Assembly: GCA_964202905.1 (NCBI GenBank)
Contig: CAXNJO010000002.1
Span: 160,001 to 224,000, forward strand
Source: Polyangiales bacterium
Lineage (GTDB): Bacteria; Myxococcota_A; Polyangia; Polyangiales; JADJQN01
Reading direction: 5' to 3'
Length of the DNA: 64,000 nucleotides
Part shown: positions 1-10,601 of the stretch, piece by piece
How positions within the stretch are numbered: the first letter of the stretch is position 1
How the letters are laid out: every line of letters begins with the position of its first letter
Program-made: the position numbers and the translations under genes
Notes under the pieces: model-generated
What the model was told of the DNA's origin: nothing
The model's input: only the letters and a program-made list of their open reading frames with translations
The model's database searches: none

Positions 1-766
1 GGGCGAGCGTGCGCACCCCGACCCCGAACGTGCGCGCATACTCGCGGAGGCTCGGCAGGAGCGCGCCCTGGAGGCGCTCGCGCTGGATGCGCAGGACCAT
101 CACGACGTCGGCGCCCTCGAGCGCGGGCTCGAGCGCGTCGAAGACCTTCACGCCGTACTGCGCCATCGCCGCGGGCATCAGCGTGCGGGGCGCGACCACG
201 CGCACCTCGGCCCCGAAGAGCCGCAGCAGCAATGCGTTCGACCGGGCGACGCGCGAGTGCGTGACATCACCGCAGATGGTGACGATCAGCCCCTCGAGGC
301 GCCCCTTGTGGCGACGGATCGTGAAGGCGTCGAGGAGCGCCTGCGTGGGGTGCTCGTGCTGACCGTCGCCCGCGTTGATGACGCTCGCGCGGATGCGCTT
401 CGCGACGTAATCCGCGGCGCCGGAGGCCTCGTGCCGGAGGACGACGACGTCGGGGCGCATCGCCTCGAGCGTCTTCACGGTGTCGAAGAGCGTCTCGCCC
501 TTCGACACACTCGACTGCGCGACGCTGATGTTGACGACGTCCGCCGAGAGCCGCTTGCCGGCGAGCTCGAAGCTCGTGCGCGTGCGCGTCGAGGCCTCGT
601 AGAAGAGGTTGAGGATGGTCTTGCCGCGCAGCGTCGGGACCTTGCGCACCGGCCGCCGCGAGACCTCGTAAAAGGCCTCCGCCGTGTCGAGCACGTGGAC
701 GACCTCGTCGGCGGTGAGGCCCTCGATCCCAAGGAGATGGCGCTGCGAAAGCCGTCGTTCGCTCAT
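1..766 (-). CDS. pyrB: Aspartate carbamoyltransferase catalytic subunit (3' end runs off the window)
   Basis: My translation from ATG 766 gives [17 protein letters not shown]...[20 protein letters not shown]...SSVSKGETL...[21 protein letters not shown] and HPTQ carbamoyl-phosphate motifs are present, with GAGGA upstream. Not in the ORF track because it is truncated. Confidence 0.97.
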   Translation of the reverse strand, partial: MSERRLSQRHLLGIEGLTADEVVHVLDTAEAFYEVSRRPVRKVPTLRGKTILNLFYEASTRTRTSFELAGKRLSADVVNISVAQSSVSKGETLFDTVKTLEAMRPDVVVLRHEASGAADYVAKRIRASVINAGDGQHEHPTQALLDAFTIRRHKGRLEGLIVTICGDVTHSRVARSNALLLRLFGAEVRVVAPRTLMPAAMAQYGVKVFDALEPALEGADVVMVLRIQRERLQGALLPSLREYARTFGVGVRTLA

Positions 767-797
767 GGACGGTCCTCGCGTTCGGCGGTGACGCGGC

Positions 798-1364
798 TCA
801 TCGCGCCCTTCCGGCGCGCGCGCGGATGCTCACGCTCGGCGCGCCGTCCCCCTCCAGCACCACGTCGACGCGCGCGCTCGGGTCGATGTCGAGCACGCGT
901 CCGATGAAGTCGGCCGCGATGGGCAGCTCGCGACCGCCGCGATCGCAGAGCACCGCGAGCCAGACGCGGCGCGGCCGGCCGTAGTCGAGGAGGCAATCGA
1001 TCGCCGCGCGGATCGTGCGCCCCGTCTGCAACACGTCGTCGACCACGACGACGTCCCGGCCGTCGACCGCGAAGCGCACGTCGCTCGGCCCGATCTTCGG
1101 ATCGGGGAGCGCCGTCGCCGCGTCGTCGCGGTAGAGGGCGATGTCGACGCTGCCGACCGGGACCGCGACGCCCTCGGTGCGCTGGATCTCGGCGGCGAGG
1201 CGCTGCGCAAGAGGGACGCCGCCGCGGCGCACGCCGACGAGCGCGAGGCGCGACACGCCGCCCGTCTGCTCGACGATCTCGAGGGCGAGGCGCCGGACGA
1301 CGCGCGCGATGGCCTCGGCGTCGAGGACCCGCTCGCCGCCGTCGCTGGCCCCTGACACCGTCAC
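798..1364 (-). CDS. pyrR: Bifunctional pyrimidine regulator / uracil phosphoribosyltransferase
   Basis: [13 protein letters not shown] loop [17 protein letters not shown] and DRGGRELPI motifs; directly upstream of pyrB. Confidence 0.95.
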   Translation of the reverse strand: MTVSGASDGGERVLDAEAIARVVRRLALEIVEQTGGVSRLALVGVRRGGVPLAQRLAAEIQRTEGVAVPVGSVDIALYRDDAATALPDPKIGPSDVRFAVDGRDVVVVDDVLQTGRTIRAAIDCLLDYGRPRRVWLAVLCDRGGRELPIAADFIGRVLDIDPSARVDVVLEGDGAPSVSIRARAGRAR

Positions 1365-1371
1365 GGCGCGG

Positions 1372-1401
1372 GTTCTACGCGCTCGCGGGCGGCAGCGTCA
1401 A
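1372..1401 (-). promoter_or_regulatory. Sigma70-like promoter of pyrR-pyrB, predicted leaderless
   Basis: Minus strand TTGACG (1401-1396), 18 nt, TAGAAC (1377-1372), 7 nt, GTG start of pyrR. Confidence 0.6.
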
Positions 1402-1463
1402 GCGCGCCCGTGCGTGCCGCCGGCGCGACGCGGGCATCGGTCCGCGCGACGCCGGTGCTCACG

Positions 1464-2039
1464 CTACGGGGCAGCGGGCACGGACGGCGCGATCGCACCC
1501 CGCCCCGCGAGCGGGTGCGGCATCGACTCGCCGTTGCGCTGGCGCTGCTGCATCTCGTACTTCGACGGGCAGCGCGGCACGACCTGCGAGGCGAGGAAGG
1601 CGTCGTCGCCCTCGAGACGCCCCTGCACGACGACGGTCAGGTTGACCCCGTCGCGGAAGGTGTCCGGCACGATGCACTGGGGGAAGCGCACGGGCAGCTC
1701 GCGCCCGTTCTTCTCGAGGGTGAAGCGCCACTCGCAGGGACTCTCGCGGAAGCGGATCGAGCCCTGCGTGAGCAACCCCTCGACGCGCAGCTCGCGGCCG
1801 CGCCAGCCTGCGGGGCTCGAGACGACCTCGTCGACGCGCTTCGAGTAGACGAAGGCCTCTTGCGCGCCCGAGCCGAGCAGGAGGAAGGCGACCACGCCGG
1901 CGAGTCCGGCGACGACGAGCGCGAGCTTCCAGCGGGGCAGACCGCCCGCCTCGCCCCCGCGCCCGCCCCCGTCAAGCGGGGCGCCGGCCACCTCGATCGC
2001 GACGGGGTCGACGGCGCTCGGCTCGGCACGCTCGGGCAT
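1464..2039 (-). CDS. ccmE: Cytochrome c maturation heme chaperone CcmE, CxxxY variant
   Basis: N-terminal TM helix, ELRVEG, VPDTFRDG...VVVQG, and ASQVVPRCPSKY with Cys in place of the His of HxxxY. Start trimmed to ATG 2039. Confidence 0.9.
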   Translation of the reverse strand: MPERAEPSAVDPVAIEVAGAPLDGGGRGGEAGGLPRWKLALVVAGLAGVVAFLLLGSGAQEAFVYSKRVDEVVSSPAGWRGRELRVEGLLTQGSIRFRESPCEWRFTLEKNGRELPVRFPQCIVPDTFRDGVNLTVVVQGRLEGDDAFLASQVVPRCPSKYEMQQRQRNGESMPHPLAGRGAIAPSVPAAP

Positions 2040-2121
2040 CGGCGCGAGTCTGGGCGCAGGCGACGCGGCGCGCCAGCCTCCGCGCAGTGCGACCCGACGG
2101 ATCGGCCGGCTGCGCCGAACG

Positions 2122-2493
2122 TCAGTCGGGCGCGTCGTCGCCGAGGCCTGCGTCGTCGAGCGCGTCGCCGAGGTCGACTTCCGCGCGCGAGAGGAAACGC
2201 TCGAACGCCGCCGCACCACCCTCGACACCCGCGATCCGGAGCCCCATCCCGGGCTGCGACCCGGACGGTTCGCGCCGCGACCACACGACCACGGTCTGCA
2301 AGACGACCTCGCCCTGGGTCCGATCGCTCCACGTCACCCGCAGGCGGTCACCGACGGGCGGCGAGCTGGCCGTGCGGACGAAGAGTCCTCCGCGGCTCAC
2401 GTTCCACATCTGCACGAAGAGGGTCACCTGATCGCCCTCACACCAGACGCGCTGACGGACGGGGATGCGCGAGTGGCGTCGGTGGTCGGTCAT
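2122..2493 (-). CDS. Stand-alone PilZ domain protein
   Basis: RRHSR (RxxxR) and NVSRGG (D/NxSxxG) c-di-GMP motifs; VVW...GMGLR; ATG at 2493. Confidence 0.85.
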   Translation of the reverse strand: MTDHRRHSRIPVRQRVWCEGDQVTLFVQMWNVSRGGLFVRTASSPPVGDRLRVTWSDRTQGEVVLQTVVVWSRREPSGSQPGMGLRIAGVEGGAAAFERFLSRAEVDLGDALDDAGLGDDAPD

Positions 2494-2643
2494 GAGCCCT
2501 CGGGGTAAGGATGGTAACCCACAGACGCCGGCCGGGGCAGACCGTCTTGACGGCACGCCCGACCTCGAGCGCGGACCGCAAGCGCCGGACGTTTCCCTGA
2601 AGCCCCGGCATGAGGCGGCGCCGCGTGCGACGAGGACCGCACC

Positions 2644-2675
2644 AAAGCGAAAGGCCGCCCCGGGGGGCGGCCTCT
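2644..2675 (-). terminator. Probable intrinsic terminator after the HU gene
   Basis: Inverted repeat AGGCCGCCC...GGGCGGCCT followed on the minus strand by TTTCGCTTT, about 40 nt after the HU stop. Confidence 0.7.
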
Positions 2676-2714
2676 CGACGCGGACGCGGGCGCGGGGCCC
2701 GCAGACCGCTGCGC

Positions 2715-3032
2715 TCACTTCGCGACGGCGTCCTTGAGCTTCTTGAGCGGCGTCGAGCGGAGCTTGCGCGACGCGGGGACGTCGCGGGTGACGACCTCGC
2801 CGGTCGCCGGGTTGCGGAACTTCTTGCCCTTCTGGGCCTTGGTCGTGCGAACGCGGATCTTGACGATGTCCGGGATCACGAACTCGCCGGGGCCCTTCTT
2901 GCTGAGCTGGGCCTTGATGATCTCGCCGAGCGCGGCGAAGACGCCGACGAGGTCCTTCTTGGACACGCCGGACTTCTCCGAGAGCTCGGTGACGATCTGG
3001 GCCTTGGTCATACGCTTCACTGCAGCTGCCAT
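2715..3032 (-). CDS. HU family DNA-binding protein
   Basis: MTKAQIVTELSEK...RNPATGE...VPASRKLRSTPLKKLKDAV; GGAGG upstream of ATG 3032. Confidence 0.92.
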   Translation of the reverse strand: MAAAVKRMTKAQIVTELSEKSGVSKKDLVGVFAALGEIIKAQLSKKGPGEFVIPDIVKIRVRTTKAQKGKKFRNPATGEVVTRDVPASRKLRSTPLKKLKDAVAK

Positions 3033-3578
3033 GATTGCCTCCATCGAGCCGCGCCGGAACGCGCGTGACGCAGCCGCATGCTGCGCCCCGACTGCACCCC
3101 GGCGGGCGGAACTGGTTGAGGAACGTTGGGTGTCAAAACGGGAGCGGTTGCGATCCTCGCCCGGCGAACAGCCACCGGTGCAGCTCACGGGACCCTCCCC
3201 GGGGCCGGTCACACCGACCGACCCGGCTGCGTCCCCCGAAGGCGGGGGAGCAGGCCCCGACAGACTGAGCCGCGCTCATCCCCTTTGTTTACAAGGGTGC
3301 GAGTGCGATGGGCGCATCTATGCACGCGCTTTTCCGGGCTGACAAGGGGGTTTTGAGAAAAGTGAGCGGTTCTGCCCGGGAAAAGGCCGCGACAGGCTGC
3401 CGCGGCCCCGAAATCACCCCGTTTTTCGGCGAATGCGCGATCGAAGCGGCGGTCGGCGCGCGATCCGCGGGACGATCTGCGACGCCTTCGGGCGCGCGTT
3501 CCACCGGCGTTCGACGATGCTGCATGTGCCGCGTTTCGTGCTGACCGCGCCCCCTTCCACCTCGAGGGGCAGGCGCGA

Positions 3579-4313
3579 TCAGGGCGCAGGCGCGGCGTTG
3601 AGCGACCAATCGTAGGGGAGCGAACGCGGCGAGGCCGAGGCCGGGACCGCGCGGAGACGGCCCGTCGCATCGTAGCGATCGAGCCACGCGCGCACGCTGC
3701 CGGCGTCGCGTCGGAAGTCGGCGGCGTACCACTCGAAGAGGGCGCTCCACGAGAGCGCACCGGCACGCACGCGCACGTGCGCGTCGCTCGCCACCATCGC
3801 GCGCGCGAGGCGCGTGAGCTCCGCGTCGACGTTCGCGGCCGTGAACGCGCGCGGCGACAGCGTGGGACACGAGCGGGCCCCGCAGTTGAGCGCGGCGTGC
3901 ACGCGCGCATCGGGGAAGCGGCGCCGGATGAGCGCGTTCTCGAGTTGGTCGAGCGTGCGCGCCCGCCCCGCAACGCGGTGCTGGACGCGGTCGAAGAAGC
4001 CCGGCACGTCACGCACCGAGCGCAGCCCCGGCCGCGCGGCGATCGCGTCGACCACGATCGCGTTGTAGGCGTCGAGCCACGCGTAGAGGGGCTCGCTCTC
4101 GGGCATGTTCGCGACGGCGCCGAGGAACGCCGCGAGGTCCGCGCGGGCGCGCGCGTCGGCGCGGAGGCCGGCGTAGTCGAACCCTCCGCGCCGCGCGTGC
4201 GCGGCGAGCACGCGCTGCCAGGGCGCGACATCGAGGGCGCGCGCCGACGGCACCGCGAGGGCGAACGCGGCGAGCACCGCGAGCACGACCGGGAGCGCGC
4301 CACGCCACCGCAT
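3579..4313 (-). CDS. Exported DUF547-family protein
   Basis: Signal peptide, AWLDAYNA, LDQLEN, DARVHAALNCGARSCP, SALFEWYAADF and YDWSLN, all typical of DUF547. Start overlaps the upstream stop. Confidence 0.88.
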   Translation of the reverse strand: MRWRGALPVVLAVLAAFALAVPSARALDVAPWQRVLAAHARRGGFDYAGLRADARARADLAAFLGAVANMPESEPLYAWLDAYNAIVVDAIAARPGLRSVRDVPGFFDRVQHRVAGRARTLDQLENALIRRRFPDARVHAALNCGARSCPTLSPRAFTAANVDAELTRLARAMVASDAHVRVRAGALSWSALFEWYAADFRRDAGSVRAWLDRYDATGRLRAVPASASPRSLPYDWSLNAAPAP

Positions 4314-4651
4314 CACATGCCGAGGCGCGTGGCGTGGTTGCGCATCTGCACGCCGTGGACGAGCGATGCGCCGCCGCGGATCGCGGCCGCGACGTGGACG
4401 GCCTCGGTCATCTGATCGAGGTCGGCGCCCTTCTCGAGCGCGTCCTTCGAGTAGGCGTCGATGCAGTACGGGCACTGCACGGCGTGCGCGACGGCGAGCG
4501 CGATGATGGACTTCTCGCGCGCGGAGAGCGCCCCGTCCGCGAACACCGCGCCGTACCAGGCGAAGAACTTCTCGGCGAGGTCCGGCGCGTTCTCGCCGAT
4601 GCGGGGGAACTTCGCGAGGTCGTGGGAGTGGTAGTAGTGGTCGTCGGACAT
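4313..4651 (-). CDS. AhpD/carboxymuconolactone decarboxylase-family peroxidase-like protein (type usually linked to arsenosugar radical SAM ArsS)
   Basis: YY..HDLAKF...GALSAREKSIIALAVAHAVQCPYCIDAY...EAVHVAAAIRGGASLVHGVQM with CxxC; ATG at 4651. Confidence 0.88.
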   Translation of the reverse strand: MSDDHYYHSHDLAKFPRIGENAPDLAEKFFAWYGAVFADGALSAREKSIIALAVAHAVQCPYCIDAYSKDALEKGADLDQMTEAVHVAAAIRGGASLVHGVQMRNHATRLGM

Positions 4652-4862
4652 CGGGGTCTCCGGGCGGGGGGTTGGGGCCGCCGCGGCGACGGTACGGCCG
4701 CGGGGTCGCCTGCGCGAGGGCTGCCTGCGTCGATCGAGCGTCCACGGCCCGTGCGCGGCGGCCGTTGGGACGACGCGCGCGACCGCGCGATTCACGCGGG
4801 CCGCGCCGCGCGCGGCGGCCCAGGCGCTTCCGCAACGCGGCCCCGACCGCAGCGCCGGCCTG

Positions 4863-5324
4863 TCAGCGGCGCGGTCGCGCGCCGAGCGCGGCGGCGCAGA
4901 GCAGATCCGTGCGCGCCGACATGCGGCGCTCCTCGGTGCGCGTGGCGTGATCGAAGCCGAGCAGGTGGAGCAGGCCGTGCGCGAGGAGCATGGTCACCTC
5001 GGCCTCGAGCGGACGCGCATGCGCGCGGGCCTGGCGCGCGGCGGTGTCGAGCGAGATCACGACATCGCCGAGGACGCCGTGCGCGCCGTGCGCGTGCTCG
5101 GCGCCCTCCCCCTCGCGCATCGCGAACGCGAGCACGTCGGTGGGCTTGTCCTTGCGCCGATAATCGCGGTTGAGCGCGTGGATCGTGGGGTCGTCGCAGA
5201 GCACGACGGAGAGCTCGCCGTCGGCGAGGCCGAGCGCCGCGAGCATGCGTGCGGCTCGCGCGCGCACGAAGGACGCGGGCAGCGAAGGGCGACCATCGCC
5301 CTGCCAGCGGAGGCTCACGGGCAC
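4863..5324 (-). CDS. ybeY: rRNA maturation endoribonuclease YbeY
   Basis: LNRDYRRKDKPTDVLAF, LGDVVIS and HGLLHLLGFDH (H3xH5xH); GTG 5324 with GAGGAG upstream. Confidence 0.95.
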   Translation of the reverse strand: MPVSLRWQGDGRPSLPASFVRARAARMLAALGLADGELSVVLCDDPTIHALNRDYRRKDKPTDVLAFAMREGEGAEHAHGAHGVLGDVVISLDTAARQARAHARPLEAEVTMLLAHGLLHLLGFDHATRTEERRMSARTDLLCAAALGARPRR

Positions 5325-5335
5325 GTCGGGGCTCC

Positions 5336-7129
5336 TCAGATGCGCTGCTGGATCATGCGCTCGACGAAGGTCGCGTCGTACTGGCCGGCGCGGAAGGCCT
5401 CGTGGCCGAGCACCCGGCGGACGAGCGGCGCGTTCGTCGCGAAGGGCGCGACGACGGTCTCGGCGACGACGCGGTCGAGGGCGAGCGCCGCCTGGTGACG
5501 CGTCGGCCCGAAGGCCGTGATCTTCGCGACGACCGAGTCGTAACCGGGGATGACCTCGCCGCCCGGGGCGAAGCCCGTCTCGATGCGCGCCTTGCCCGCG
5601 CCGACGGGCGGGAAGCGCAGCTCGGTGAGGCGGCCCGAGGGCGGCGCGCCGGGGCCGTCCCACAGGAGATGGGCCTCCATCGCGTGCCCGGTCGCGCTCG
5701 CGGCGAGGACCTCGGGCGGCATCGGCTCCCCGGCGGCGATGCGGATCTGCGCCTCGACGAGGTCGAGACCGGTGCACATCTCGTGCAGCGCGTGATCGAC
5801 GGAGAGGCCCACGGAGAGGCCGATCGCGTGGTAGCGACCGTCGGCGTCGAGCAGAAAGTGTACGGTCGCGGAGCCGACGACGCGCGCCGCACGCACGAGG
5901 CGCACGGCCGCCTCGTTGAGCGCCTCGCGCACGAAGTCGCCGTTCGGCAGGGAGGAGACGGCCGGCGCCGGCGACTCGGAGACGATCCGTCGGAGTTTGC
6001 GCTGCACGGAGCACTCGCGATCGCCGATCGGCACGATCTCCGCGGCGCCCCGCTCCGCGACCGCTCGGGCGGCGTTCTCCGCCGCGGCGCTCGGCCCGTC
6101 CATCCCACGCGCCATGACGAGCTCCGGCTCGGTCGCGGCGACCTCGACGGCGGCCCCCGTCGCTTGCACGGCAGCCCTCGCAGCGGCGAGCGGGGCCTCC
6201 GGCTCTGCGTCGACACCGAGCGCGAGCTCGCTGTCCGCGTCCGGTCCGGTGGCCTCGGCGGCGGCGGACGGCGCTGGTACCGGCGCTTCCGGGACGTCGT
6301 TCGCGGCAGGGGCCTCGACCGCGGCGGGGGCCGCGTCGATCGGAGCGTGCGTGTCCGGCGTCGCGACCGGCGCCGCGGGCGGAGGCGACGCAGGCGGACG
6401 CGTCGACGTCCGCCGCGCGCGGGAGTCCGGACGCGTGCTCGCGCGACGCGCGGGGCGGGCCTCGACGGGCGCGGCGCCCGCGTCCGCGAGCACCTCGATC
6501 TCCACCACGCGGGGCCGCTCGACGGCGCGCTCGATGACGACGCGGGCGTCACCGCCCGCCTCGCGCGCCGCCGCGCGGGCCGCCTCGAAGGCCTCCTCGA
6601 GCTCGTCGTCGTCGTCGGCGAAGCGCACGCCGAGCGCGTCCCGCGGCGCGAGAGGCTTGACGACGACCGGGTAGCCCAGCGTCTCCGTGGCCGCGTAGGC
6701 CGCGCGCAGGGTCTCGACGGGCTCGGACGTGCCCGGCACGACCCGCACGTCCGCCGCCACGCACAGCGCCCGCACGCGCGTGCGATCGGCGGCGATCGCG
6801 ATCACCTCGGCCGAGGGACCGATGAAGGTGAGGCCCGCCTCGGCGACCGCGCGCGCCAGCGCGACGTCGTGCGCCGCGAGCCCGTAGCCCGGGTGCACCG
6901 CATCGGCCCCGCACTGCCGCGCGGCGGCGACGATGGCGGTCGCCGAGAGGTACGACGAGGCGAGATCGGTGGCCTCGAGCCGCACCGCCTCGTCGCACGC
7001 TTGGACGTGCACTGCGTCGGCGTCCGCGTCGGTGTGGATGGCGACGGTGGTCACGCCGAGGCGCTTGCAGGTGCGGGCGACGCGCGCGGCGACCTCGCTG
7101 CGGTTTGCAATCAGGATCTTCTCGAACAT
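5336..7129 (-). CDS. Biotin carboxylase-like protein with degenerate active site and internal low-complexity insert
   Basis: MFEKILIANR, ADAVHPGYG, FIGPS, GYPVVVK, RECSVQR, TGLDLV, GHAME and YDSVVAK are collinear with AccC, but the catalytic motifs are altered (see findings). Confidence 0.85.
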   Translation of the reverse strand: MFEKILIANRSEVAARVARTCKRLGVTTVAIHTDADADAVHVQACDEAVRLEATDLASSYLSATAIVAAARQCGADAVHPGYGLAAHDVALARAVAEAGLTFIGPSAEVIAIAADRTRVRALCVAADVRVVPGTSEPVETLRAAYAATETLGYPVVVKPLAPRDALGVRFADDDDELEEAFEAARAAAREAGGDARVVIERAVERPRVVEIEVLADAGAAPVEARPARRASTRPDSRARRTSTRPPASPPPAAPVATPDTHAPIDAAPAAVEAPAANDVPEAPVPAPSAAAEATGPDADSELALGVDAEPEAPLAAARAAVQATGAAVEVAATEPELVMARGMDGPSAAAENAARAVAERGAAEIVPIGDRECSVQRKLRRIVSESPAPAVSSLPNGDFVREALNEAAVRLVRAARVVGSATVHFLLDADGRYHAIGLSVGLSVDHALHEMCTGLDLVEAQIRIAAGEPMPPEVLAASATGHAMEAHLLWDGPGAPPSGRLTELRFPPVGAGKARIETGFAPGGEVIPGYDSVVAKITAFGPTRHQAALALDRVVAETVVAPFATNAPLVRRVLGHEAFRAGQYDATFVERMIQQRI

Positions 7130-7218
7130 GCGGGCGTGAGGATACGCGAGGCGCCGCGGCCGCGCGAGCGCTCACCCACATTGCCCGCCCGCGGCGCGCG
7201 TGAGAATGTGCGGACTCC

Positions 7219-7965
7219 GTGCCGAGGTCCGCCGACACCGAGTTCGTCGTCACGCGCCTGCTGCGGGAGGCCCTCGAGGGCGTGGTCGCCCCGGGGCTCG
7301 TCTCGCCCATCCTCTTCGAGGCCCTCGAGCCCTATGGCGCGCGCCTTCCGACCGGCCCGGAGGGCCTGCTCGACATGGCGCGCGGGCCGCTCGCCGGCGC
7401 GGTCGCCCGGCGAATCGGCGTCGAAGAGGCCGATGAACTCGTGCGGCGCGCCGAGCGTCTCGTCGCCCATGCGCGCGGTGCAGCGAGCGCCCCGCCACCC
7501 GCCGCGCCGGCACGTCCGTCGATCACCTTCCCGCGGCCCGCGCACGGCCGCGACCGCGACGACACGGCGCTCGTGCCCACGACCGCCGACGCGGTGCGCG
7601 TGCTGGTCGTCGCCGAGGGCGCCGGGCTGGCGCTCCGCCTCGACGCGGCGCTCGGCGCGGCGCGCGTGTCGGTACGATCCCTCGCGAGCCTTCCGGCGCT
7701 GCGCGATCACCTTTGCAATCACGGCACGCCGAGCTTGCTGCTGGTCGATGCGACGGACTTTCCGGCCATCGCCACCGACGAGTTGGTCGCCGCGATGCGT
7801 CTCGGCCCGGTCACGATGATCCGCGCAATCTGGGGCGCCGAGTTGCCCTACGGCCGCAGCGCGATGGCCGCCGCGGGCAGCGAGTCGCCCGCATTGCTCG
7901 GCCTCGATCGGGCGCACGGCGTCGACTCGCTGCTGGATCTCATCCGCTCGCGCCGTCGCACTTGA
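7219..7965 (+). CDS. Hypothetical protein; C-terminal half resembles a degenerate receiver (flavodoxin-like) fold
   Basis: High-GC3 frame; VRVLVVAE...LLLVDA...IRAIWG strand pattern, ending LLDLIRSRR. Confidence 0.65.
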   Translation: MPRSADTEFVVTRLLREALEGVVAPGLVSPILFEALEPYGARLPTGPEGLLDMARGPLAGAVARRIGVEEADELVRRAERLVAHARGAASAPPPAAPARPSITFPRPAHGRDRDDTALVPTTADAVRVLVVAEGAGLALRLDAALGAARVSVRSLASLPALRDHLCNHGTPSLLLVDATDFPAIATDELVAAMRLGPVTMIRAIWGAELPYGRSAMAAAGSESPALLGLDRAHGVDSLLDLIRSRRRT

Positions 7966-8048
7966 GCCGGCTCACCGGAGTGGGCGCAACGCGCGTGAGA
8001 CGGGCGCGCAGCGCGGGTCGACGCCCGCGCCACGCCGCCCGCGGGGGC

Positions 8049-9385
<1,337 letters not shown>

Positions 9386-9402
9386 TCGCGGGGGCGCCGC
9401 GG

Positions 9403-10308
9403 TCAGCGCTCGAAGAACATCGGCGCGCGCTGCCGGAGGAAGCGCTCGACCGCCCGACGCTCTTCCGGGTCGAGCGGCTCGAAGCGCACGCCGACCCCGG
9501 GCGCGAGGTCGCCGTCGTGGGGGTCGCGGATCCACGCGACGCGGCCCGCGAGCGAGAGCGGCCGCCCCCCGGGCAGCACGAGCGAGACCGTCAGCGCGGT
9601 GCCGACCGGGAGCCGATCGTACGTCGCGACGAACAGACCACCGTCGGAGATGTCCTCGGCGAGCCCGACGAAAAAGTTGGTCTCGCTGTGCAGACCGATG
9701 TCGGCCTCGAGCGCGACGCGCCGGGAGTAGCGACGCTCGTCGGTGGGCGCAGGCGGCACGAACTCGGCCGCGCGGCGCGGGCGCAGCGTCGGCGCACGGC
9801 GCGGCATCAGCGGGATGGCCTCGTGTTCGTCGTCGTCGGGCGCACCGAGGACGGGCGCACTCGCGTGCGTCGCGCCGGGACCGCTGCGCCAAGCGTCGTC
9901 GCCGCGGTCCGCGGCAGGACGCGCGACAGCCGCGGGAGGGCTCGACGCGGGGCGCGGCGGCTCGAGCGCGAGCGACGCGGGGTAGAGCGTGGCGAGCGCG
10001 CGGGCGATGCGCTCACCCGCGGCGACGAGCGATCCGTGCTGCGAGGCCTCGCCCTGCACGGCCACGCGTGCGCGGTGGAGCGACGCCATCGCGCGGGTGA
10101 TCGCGTCCGCGCCCGTCGCCGGCGTCGCCGCCTCGAGCGCGTAGAGCGCGCGCAGCGCGAGGCCGAGCTGTGCGAGCGCCTCGTCCATCCCCGGCGTGAT
10201 CACGAGCTCCGCCTCGAGCACGGCGCGCGCGTCGGCGAGATCGGGGCGGACATGCCGTGCGGCGGCCACCGCCGCGGCGAGCCCCTCGTGCGGCGCGGCG
10301 TCGTGCAT
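9403..10308 (-). CDS. Helical N-terminal domain plus TIGR02266-like myxobacterial PilZ domain
   Basis: ERRYSRR...HSETNFFVGLAEDISDGGLFVATY...GRVAWIR...PGVGVRF...RAPMFF. Confidence 0.85.
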   Translation of the reverse strand: MHDAAPHEGLAAAVAAARHVRPDLADARAVLEAELVITPGMDEALAQLGLALRALYALEAATPATGADAITRAMASLHRARVAVQGEASQHGSLVAAGERIARALATLYPASLALEPPRPASSPPAAVARPAADRGDDAWRSGPGATHASAPVLGAPDDDEHEAIPLMPRRAPTLRPRRAAEFVPPAPTDERRYSRRVALEADIGLHSETNFFVGLAEDISDGGLFVATYDRLPVGTALTVSLVLPGGRPLSLAGRVAWIRDPHDGDLAPGVGVRFEPLDPEERRAVERFLRQRAPMFFER

Positions 10309-10601
10309 TCAGCCCCTCAGCCCGGCGGTGCGGGCCTGCCGCGCGTCGATCGGCGCGTCTCCGCAGCGGGCGGTCGCGAACACGGCGGCGCTCCCCACCG
10401 GCCATCCCGCGTGCATCCGGCGCGCGGGCATCGGCCCCGGCACACGGGGACGAATCGGCAGCGGCCCCGGCGTCAAGGAAGAAAACACGGTCCGAGGAGC
10501 ATCCCCGAGCGCTCCGGCAGCCGCAAGGGCCTCACGGTTCGCGCACGGCGGCATCGCGGACGCGCGGCGGGAACGGCGGCGAGTTCGGGTATCGTCGCGC
10601 G

